From NCBI GenBank assembly GCA_013416795.1, contig RQSC01001207.1, forward strand, positions 178,145 through 242,144: a DNA stretch of 64,000 nucleotides, read 5' to 3'. The position numbers and the translations under genes were made by a program. The notes beneath the pieces were generated by a model. It saw only the letters and a program-made list of their open reading frames with translations. It made no database searches and was not told the origin of the DNA. This DNA comes from Prasinococcaceae sp. CCMP 1430 (Eukaryota; Plantae; Prasinodermophyta). Shown here piece after piece: positions 56,625 to 64,000 of the stretch. Numbering within the stretch: the stretch's first letter is position 1; each line of letters begins with the position of its first letter.

Positions 56625-57295
56625 ATGGCTACGCGTGCGAGCGTACTCATGGCGCTCTTGGCCCTTGGCCACGCGCCGCGCTCTGGCGCATTAGATGAGC
56701 CGCCTTACTTCTGCGATGACGTCTGCGAGGCGGGTGCCAGCGCTGTCGACGGCGTCGCCTTCACCTCGTTCGTGAGCGTCACGCTGGTCAGGCCTTTCCA
56801 GCCAGATGAAGTGCTGCCTCAATGTCCCAACGGTCAGGACTTCACAGGGTTCTGTGAAGAGTCGCGCAGCCTCCTCGAGCCACTGTGTGCAAGCTGGTCC
56901 AACGAAAATAATTGCGTGCCGGGCACGGATGTGCCGACGACTTACTGCGGTATGCGATGCGAAGGCCCCTTCGAGGGCGCCACGCAGACTGGCGATGTGC
57001 GTGTCGTCTTCGACGATCAAAACGATCTCGATAGTCTGTGCCAGGCCGCCTGCGGCATTGTCGAGGCCGTGTGCAACGCCGGAGGAGGTGCGTGCGTGGT
57101 TGTGTCGCGTTCATGATCCTCCTGCTCGCGTCCCTTACCCAATGCGCTGCGTGAACTGACGAACTTGATACGCGCGAACGTGGAGGCGAGCTCACGTGCC
57201 TGGGCATCGTGAATCCGGGGCCACCAGCCCCTGAGCCACCAGCCCCAGGGCCACCAGCCCCAGGGCCACCAGCCCCCAAGCCTGCGCCTCTTTGA
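56625..57295 (+). CDS. Small secreted Cys-rich protein with (PPAPG)-type tail; probable intron 57088-57185
   Basis: MATRASVLMALLALGHAPRSGA signal, many Cys, spliced tail GELTCLGIVNPGPPAPEPPAPGPPAPGPPAPKPAPL*. The acceptor is an uncommon GAG. Confidence 0.72.
57220..57279 (+). repeat. Four copies of a 15-bp tandem repeat (GCCACCAGCCCCAGG-like)
   Basis: Directly visible; encodes PPAP[E/G/K]. Confidence 0.92.
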
Positions 57296-57501
57296 ATACC
57301 TGTGCGCGGTGGCGCGTGTTTGCTGCCAGTCTAGTGGGCGGCGCGCTCTGTACAGTCGCAGAAGCAGAGAGCATATAGCAACGAGGGCGCGCCGTCTGCG
57401 AGAGAGGCCGTCTCCTACACGCTGGAGGCAGTCGTCTACGACAGTAATGCTCCACTTGGTCAAGTAAGTCATACAGGTAGAGTACACTGCTATCCTCGCG
57501 C

Positions 57502-58394
57502 CTATGTGTCCAGGCCGAGCTTCGCGGCAACCTCGGGCAGCCAGTACAGCGAGACCCACGCCACACTCAGCGCCTTGATCACTGTGTAAATCGCACCGCT
57601 CACCCTCTCGTCCAAGTCGAAGCGCTCCTTTGCGTAACGCGCCCCAATGCTCACGAGCACGAGAAGAATGATCTGGTCGTCTCCAGAGCTGTTGGGGTCG
57701 AGCGCCCACTGCTTAAAGTCGGCGGCGTTGCCAGGGATGAGGATCTGGCCGTCGGCGCGAACGGCGGAGCCGTTCTCGAAGAGCACCTTGCTGCCCTTGC
57801 GCGAGTACGACTGCGCAGCCAAGTACTCAGCCTTCTCCTTCCGGCTTGAGAACCCCTCCGCCTGAGGGTGCCTCGCCACACACGCGCGCACACCAGAGCC
57901 AGGGCGAGGCGTCAGGGCGATGCGTACCGCGCGCGCATGCACCGCGGCCTACTTCTCGAGCGCTGGCACGCACCTCGAGCTCTTTCTGCTGGCGGCACTT
58001 GATTTTCTCGATGGGCAGGCCGTCTTCGCAACCCGCGACGACCTTGGGCGCGGTGAGCGCGTCGCTGGTGACATAGCCATACTGATTTATGTAAGCCTTG
58101 TTGCTCACGTCGGGAGAGGCGGCGCTCGCGCCGGCCGCGGGCGCTGCCGCCGCCTCGGCGCGCGCGGCTGCCNNNNNNNNNNNNNNNNNNNNNNNNNNNN
58201 NNNNNNNNNNNNNNNNNNNNNNNNNNNNNNNNNNNNNNNNNNNNNNNNNNNNNNNNNNNNNNNNNNNNNNNNNNNNNNNNNNNNNNNNNNNNNNNNNNNN
58301 NNNNNNNNNNNNNNNNNNNNNNNNNNNNNNNNNNNNNNNCCGCGCCGGCCGCGCGCCCCGCGCGCCCCGCGCGCGGCCACGCCGTGCAAGCCAT
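57502..58394 (-). CDS. Unknown protein with two C-terminal hydrophobic helices, possibly plastid-targeted; one intron near 57863-57973; spans an N-gap
   Basis: SNKAYINQYGYVTSDAL...CRQQKELE / AEGFSSRKEKAEYLAAQSY...QIILLVLVSIGARY...AIYTVIKALSVAWVSLYWLP. Confidence 0.65.
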
Positions 58395-58869
58395 GGGCCC
58401 CGACGCAGCGTTCGCCTCTCTCGTGCGCCGTTGCCTCTCTTCACCACCTTCCCCACACACACTGCTCGCCCCAAGGCGCTTGCCTGCGGCGCAGTGGCGC
58501 ACTCTCCTTATCCGCTCGCGCACTGTGCTCGAGCATATGGCCAACCAAAAATCCTGCAAAAAAACGCCCGAAGCGAAATGCACACACCGTTTGAATGAGA
58601 TTTGATATTTGGGTGAATGCATGCGCAGACGCATACGGAAGAGAAGAGTGTGTGCTCTTGATGGCGTTCGGGTCGGTTGGGCGAACGCAGAGGGGCCACA
58701 GCGCGAACGCGCGTGCAAATCGGCGAGTTGAAGGGGGTGGGGGAAGGCAAGGGCAACGACGCCGGGGGTGAGGGGGGGGGGAGGTGAGGGCGCGCGGTCG
58801 CTCAACTAGTTTGTAGGCCACGGGACGCCGCGGCCGCCCGGCCTTTCGGCGGCGCCGCCGAGAGGGGCG

Positions 58870-60093
58870 CGGGCGCGCAAGAGGCGGCGCTGCGCACGGG
58901 GTGGGATGGCTTCGTCGACCCGTCGCGCATCGACGTGATATCGAACGGCCCAATTACGCGCGCCTATGTGTACCGCTCGCTGCTCTCCGCGGAGGAGTGT
59001 GACCACATCATCGAAATGTCCGAGAAGCGCCTCACCCGATCGGGCGTCGTCGACACCAAGAGCGGCCACTCGGCGGTGAGTGAGATTCGTACGTCTTCGG
59101 GCACCTTCCTCGGGCGCCACCAGGACAGCGTTGTCAAGAGCGTCGAGGAGCGCCTTGCTGAATGGAGCCAAGTGCCGGAGACGCACGGCGAGGGGCTGCA
59201 GATCCTCCGGTACGAGCATGGGCAGAAGTACGACGCGCATTTCGACTACTTCTTCCACGGTACGCTCGATGCGCGCGCGCGCACGGGGGCGCGCGCGCTA
59301 CCCGCCCCCTCGCCTGCAGCGAAGGCGAGTCGCGCCGCTTCGCAGAGTGCATTTCGGCCACGTCTATTGTCAACGCCTCGGCGCGTTTGGACAGCCGGGC
59401 ATTCTGGCGCTGACGCGCGCCGCTCTCGCCCACAGACGGCGGCATCGCCTCGGGCGGCAACCGCCTCGCGACCGCCCTCATCTACCTGAGCGACGTGGAG
59501 GAGGGAGGCGAGACGGTCTTCCCGAACGGGCCAAAGGAGGGGCTCGATCCCACGGGATGGTCGCCTTGCGCGCAGCAAGGCCCCGCAGTAAAGCCCCGCA
59601 AGGGGGACGTGCTGCTCTTCTGGTCGCTTGCGAGCAATGGTGCGCTTGACAACGGCTCCCTGCACGGTGGCTGTCCTGTCCTCGCGGGGGTCAAATGGAG
59701 CGCCACCAAGTGGATGCACGTGGCCCCCTTCAGCGAAGGAAAAGTCGTGCATAACGTGTGGGAGCTGGTGCGTTGGGGACCGGCTGCGCCGCGCTGCTGC
59801 GTCGTGCGCATGCGCGTGCTCCGTCTGCCCAAGCTAACACATGTCTCGCGCATGCTCGCCCGGCCATCCCCGGCCGCCCGCAGCCAACCGTCACAAAGCG
59901 TGGGGACTGCTCTCCAGACGCTGCCGTGGGCGCGTGCTGCGAGGACCACAACAAGGAGTGTGCGCACTGGGCGGCGAGCGGCGAATGCGAAAAGAACCCG
60001 GGCTACATGGTCGGGAATGACAATGATGGTGTCTGCTTGCTCAGCTGCCACAAGTGCGACGACCTCCCAATCGCGGGGTGGTCGAGCGACTAA
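58870..60093 (+). CDS. P4H: Plant-type prolyl 4-hydroxylase with C-terminal ShKT domain; introns 59260-59435 and 59768-59883; start not resolved
   Basis: DPSRIDVIS...ECDHII...RSGVVD...SEIRTSSGTFL...LQILRYEHGQKYDAHFDYF / GGNRLAT...GGETVFP...SLHGGCPVLAGVKWSATKWMHV / CEDHNKECAHWAASGECEKNPGYM. Confidence 0.95.
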
Positions 60094-60339
60094 TCCTAGC
60101 ACCTAATAAGAACGACTGTAGACCGCAGAGCGAGCTGCGTCGGCGAGAGGTCAGGGACCCGCGCTTTTGGAAAGATCCGCTGGCTGCTGGCAACACGCGC
60201 GCAACGCGCAATGCCTTGCTCCTCGCGCGCATTTGGAGCGGATGCGCGCGAAATCCTGTGGAAGGTGCTCCGCTCTCAAAGCAGCGACGCTACCAGCGTG
60301 ATCGAATCGCGTGTATTGTACTCCTCGCGCGGCCAGTCA

Positions 60340-63279
60340 CTAGCGATTGATCTGCGGCAGGCGGTCAGCCCCTACGGCCGAGGTGGGCCTGCCAGCGAGC
60401 GGCAGCGAAGGCGCGCTGCGTCTGCTGTTGGCGAAAGCGCTGCTCGGGCGCAAGCCGAGGCTGGCTCGGGCCGGTGGCTCCGGCGCCCAGCGCACGCTCC
60501 CCCCCGCGTGCTCTCTTGCCTGCTGCTGCGCCACAAGGTGCATGGCGTAGTGCTTCTGTTGATGCAGCAGGTCACTTGGCTGCTGCCTGCGCACCTGCAG
60601 CGTGGTGCGCAAGGCGCCCGCTCTGCGCGCTTCTTTCTTGTGCTGCACGCCGTTGGCGAAGATGTGGTCGACTTGCGCGTTGTTGTGAATGACCATCTGC
60701 AGCTGCTGCACCTCGGCGAGCGCTTTGCGCGTGCGCATGCGCTCCCGCTTGAGCTCAGCATCACGCTCCCGAATGGCGCACACATCATCTGCGCGGCTCT
60801 CGCGGGCGTCAAATCGTCGTTGCAATGCCTCACGCGCTGCGATTGCCTCGGCGCGCTCGTTGTCCAGCAGGGCGCGAGCCGCGCTAAATGCCACCGACAT
60901 GCGCTTCACCGACACCTTGGCGCGTGACTCAGCCTCGCTCAGCTGTGCACGCGCCGTGCTGCGCGACAGGGCGAGCTCCTCGCGATGCAGTAATGCTGTC
61001 TCGGACGCGCGCGCGCTTGCAAGCTGCTGCTCGCGCTCGAGCTCCGCTCTGTGCTCGCGCTCGCGCTCGTCGGCTCGCTCGCGCATATATCGCACAGTCG
61101 CCGCGTGCGACGACTCCGCCTGCGCGAGTGCACCCTCGAGCGCCGTGATGCGCTTTTCACGCGCCTCCACCGCCGCCTTGGCCGCCTCCTCTGCCTCGCT
61201 CACCGCCACGCGCTGGCGCTCCTCAGCGGCGACTGCCGCTTCCGCTGCGCGTGCCGACAGCGCCTCTGCCTCCGCACGCCCCGCCGCCGCCGCCTGCTCC
61301 ACCTTCGCCCAAAGCTCGCGAACAGTGCTCTCCGCGGCAGCGGCAGCCTTAGCAGAGCGTTCACGCTCGTGCTCGAGCGCCGCGGCAGCACTCGCGCGCT
61401 CAGTGGCGAGCGCGGCGGCCGTGCGCTCGTTGGCAGCAGACATCGCGGCGCGCGCTTCCTCGCTTGCGGCCTCCAGCGTCGCCTTGGCGATGGCACTGGC
61501 GGCGATCGCCGCGGCCGCCGCGTGCGCCTCAACGTCCTCAGCCCTCGCGTGTGCACGCTTGAGCTCGGCCTTGAGCTCGCCCGCGCACGCGCGTGCCTCG
61601 CAGAGCTCCACGTTTGTAAGGCGCGCCTTCTCTCGCTCCTCCTGCAGTGCCTCCTCGGCCAGCGCGAGCTTTGTCGCCATCGACTCGGATGCACTCGCGC
61701 TCTTCTTCGTCGCCGCCGACACCGCCGACTTGAGCTCTGCCTGGTGCTTTGCCTTGGCTTCGGCGGCGTCCTGTTCCATTTTTGCCACAGCCTTGCGCAG
61801 CGTGTCCATCTGCTTGTTGTTCGCCTCGAGCTGCTTTTGGGCCTGCGCGCCACGCGCGGCCTCCGCCACGCGCGCCTCGGCCTCCTTGAGGCGTCTTTCG
61901 ACCTCCTCATCCTTCGCCTTCATGGCCGCCTGTGCCTCCTTCGCCTTAGCCTGCCACTTTTGAAGGAGCGATTCGCGTTCGCTGTTGGCCTTCTCGGTGT
62001 CCTTGGCCTCCCTGTCCGCCTTTGCCTTGATCGCTGCGAGCTCCTTCTGTCGCACTTTCTCTTTGTCTGCAAACGACTTCTGCATGGCCAGCAGCTCCTT
62101 TTGCTTGGCCATCATGGCTGCGTTGAGCCCTTCTTCCGCCAGGTCGGCCGCCAGCTGGTCTGCGTCCACCTCAATCACGCACTCGTTGACGGTGGCCGTG
62201 AGCTCCACCGCCATCGCACGCGAGCCGAACTCGAGCGTGCTGAGAGTCTCCGACACGCTGTCCGCAGCGGGGGAGAGGCAAATGAGCAGCGAGGTCTTAG
62301 AGTTGCCACCGACGGAGTCCTGCAGGATCCGGGTGAGCTTGGAGTCACGGTAGGGCACGTGCTTCTTCTTGGCAGCAAGCGCACCGATGACGTTGCCAAG
62401 CGCCAGCAGCGAGCCGTTGATTGCCGCCGCCTCCTTGAACTGCTGGCCCCGAACGCCCGAGCGCTTCACGCGCTCGGAGCCTGCGAGGTCCACCACTGAG
62501 AGCTTGCCGAAGGTCGCCTTGAAGCTCTGCGCCGACTTGGCAGCGCCACCGCTGGGCGTGCCATTGCTGCGCGGCCGGCGCATGATTTTGAGTTGCATGA
62601 CGGCGTGCGAGCGCGAGCTGGCCTTGTTCATCTTGGTTTCGGCGTACGCCACCGCCTGCCGACCCTTCGCGAAGAGGCGCAGCAGCTGGTCGGGCTGCGA
62701 GCACGTGTGCCACGTGAGCCCCGCGACCTCACCCGCGCTTTGCAAGGAGAGGTTGTGGCCCTTGCCCTGCTTGTGCCCCTCGCACAGCAAGTCGTCCACC
62801 TGCTCGTTGTACACCTGCAGCATGGCGCACTCTACGGTGTACACGCTGCCGGGATCGGACGCGATGGCGACGTACAAGGAGGCAACCAGGCGTGGCAGCA
62901 TGCCTGCGGCCTGCGTGTCCTCCTTGGTGCCGGCGTTGAGAAGTGAGTGTGTCTTGCCCGCGCCAGTCTGGCCGTAGGCGAAGATGCAGCCGTTGTAGCC
63001 GCGCAGCACGTCCTTCAGGACGGGCGCTCCGACGGTGTCGTACACATCGCGCTGGCCGTGGCGATCATCGAACACGCCATCGAATTCGAAGTCCTTGGTC
63101 TGCTGGCGCACGTCAGCGGCGGCCATTTTCCCAGCGAGCACTTGCTCCTTGGCCGCCTCGTCCTCGTAATGCACGGCACAGCGAGAGCCTGACGAGTCCA
63201 TCGCGACCGCCGCGCGCTCGCCGGCCTCACGCTCGACCATCGGGCGCGCGCGGGCGTAGACGTGCACGCGGCCCGCCAT
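60340..63279 (-). CDS. N-type kinesin motor with a long coiled coil; last exon boundary uncertain (possible donor at 60594)
   Basis: VHVYARARP; FEFDGVF; IFAYGQTGAGKT; MNKASSRSHAV; VDLAGSER; HVPYRDSKLTRILQDSVGGNSKT. Confidence 0.95.
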   Translation of the reverse strand: MAGRVHVYARARPMVEREAGERAAVAMDSSGSRCAVHYEDEAAKEQVLAGKMAAADVRQQTKDFEFDGVFDDRHGQRDVYDTVGAPVLKDVLRGYNGCIFAYGQTGAGKTHSLLNAGTKEDTQAAGMLPRLVASLYVAIASDPGSVYTVECAMLQVYNEQVDDLLCEGHKQGKGHNLSLQSAGEVAGLTWHTCSQPDQLLRLFAKGRQAVAYAETKMNKASSRSHAVMQLKIMRRPRSNGTPSGGAAKSAQSFKATFGKLSVVDLAGSERVKRSGVRGQQFKEAAAINGSLLALGNVIGALAAKKKHVPYRDSKLTRILQDSVGGNSKTSLLICLSPAADSVSETLSTLEFGSRAMAVELTATVNECVIEVDADQLAADLAEEGLNAAMMAKQKELLAMQKSFADKEKVRQKELAAIKAKADREAKDTEKANSERESLLQKWQAKAKEAQAAMKAKDEEVERRLKEAEARVAEAARGAQAQKQLEANNKQMDTLRKAVAKMEQDAAEAKAKHQAELKSAVSAATKKSASASESMATKLALAEEALQEEREKARLTNVELCEARACAGELKAELKRAHARAEDVEAHAAAAAIAASAIAKATLEAASEEARAAMSAANERTAAALATERASAAAALEHERERSAKAAAAAESTVRELWAKVEQAAAAGRAEAEALSARAAEAAVAAEERQRVAVSEAEEAAKAAVEAREKRITALEGALAQAESSHAATVRYMRERADEREREHRAELEREQQLASARASETALLHREELALSRSTARAQLSEAESRAKVSVKRMSVAFSAARALLDNERAEAIAAREALQRRFDARESRADDVCAIRERDAELKRERMRTRKALAEVQQLQMVIHNNAQVDHIFANGVQHKKEARRAGALRTTLQVRRQQPSDLLHQQKHYAMHLVAQQQAREHAGGSVRWAPEPPARASLGLRPSSAFANSRRSAPSLPLAGRPTSAVGADRLPQINR

Positions 63280-64000
63280 CGCGGCGCGCGGGCAGGACGG
63301 CGGCCCTCGGTGGCGCGGCTGGCAGTTCGCAGGCTCCGCGCGCGAGGGTCCTCGGAGCTGTCCGAGGAGCGCCTCCTCCCGAGCGGTCGCCCGTGCGGGC
63401 GCGCGCGCGCCGCTGTGCCGCCGTCGCTTTTCCCCCGCGCGTGTCACGCCTCGTAGCGACGGCGCGCGGGGAACCGCGCAACCAATTTCGGCTACGCGTG
63501 AACACACGCGTCAATATTAAACGACATTCAAATATACGGATGACTACGGAATTTCGCATCGAAGAACCCTCGTTCCCCCATCTGGCCGTTGACCTGAGCC
63601 GGGGGCCTCCGAAGTGCCCCCGCGGCACACATCAACTCGAACTGCGTCGGGCCGACGCTCGGCGCTGCGCAGCTGACACTACGTACTCGCCCGTTGGTTT
63701 TGTCCTCTACATTTCATATGCTTCGATCGCGTGGAGTGGGGGCTGACGTTACACGACGACCACCGCGCGGCGCCTCGCGCGGGCGTCGCCTGCCGGGAAA
63801 AGGGTGGCCGCGCGGCGCTCGGCCCCCCCCTCCTGGGCGGCCGCGGCCGAGGACGACGAGGGCCTCGGGGGAAAGGGGCGGGCGCGGTGGAGGCTTGTGC
63901 GCGGAAGGGAAGTTGGTGGCAATGGCATCGATGGGAATGCACGCGAGGTGCGCCGCGTGCGCCCCGCGCAGCCGCGCGCGTGCGCCCCGCGCGAGTGCGC

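Noticed and set aside
16735-59883. Introns sharing GTGCG starts as possible introner elements
   Set aside because: Similarity is limited to the splice donor and CG runs; intron bodies are not homologous
1-64000. Hundreds of long Arg/Ala/Pro-rich alternative-frame and antisense ORFs in the track
   Set aside because: Expected by-product of very high GC and few stop codons; they overlap recognisable genes and lack motifs
63900-64000. Possible start of the next plus-strand gene
   Set aside because: Too little sequence to support a call

Overview
A 64-kb piece of a compact, very GC-rich eukaryotic nuclear scaffold. It has about 35 protein genes, short GT-AG introns (about 80-225 nt, often with GCTGAC branch points), small AT-rich intergenic islands and five N-gaps. 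Plant-type and plastid-type genes (chloroplast lipocalin, RMR, DUF179, thylakoid-type TPR) together with the motile-cilium factor LRRC6/DNAAF11 point to a prasinophyte-grade green alga; this is an inference. Housekeeping genes include RPB7, BRX1, NDUFA9, a stomatin-like protein, AsnRS, UBP22, FAN1, a kinesin and two P4H-type oxygenases. No rRNA, canonical tRNA, CRISPR array or intact transposon was found. The best candidates for new biology are: (1) an octotricopeptide-repeat (OPR) protein fused to a complete RsmC-type methyltransferase with a spliced KKE-repeat tail (52.8-56.2 kb); (2) a secreted extensin-like protein fused to a bacterial-looking HEXXH metallopeptidase, whose ORF runs into FAN1 (45.8-50.0 kb); (3) an EFFECTOR OF TRANSCRIPTION-like GIY-YIG gene (35.2-35.8 kb); (4) a recurrent TCTCCCGTGG motif in AT-rich islands; (5) a five-copy GCATGCGAA-N3-GCCATCA array in a bidirectional promoter. 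Family assignments come from motif recognition by eye; no database searches were run. Several 5' ends are unresolved, probably because of GC-rich assembly problems.
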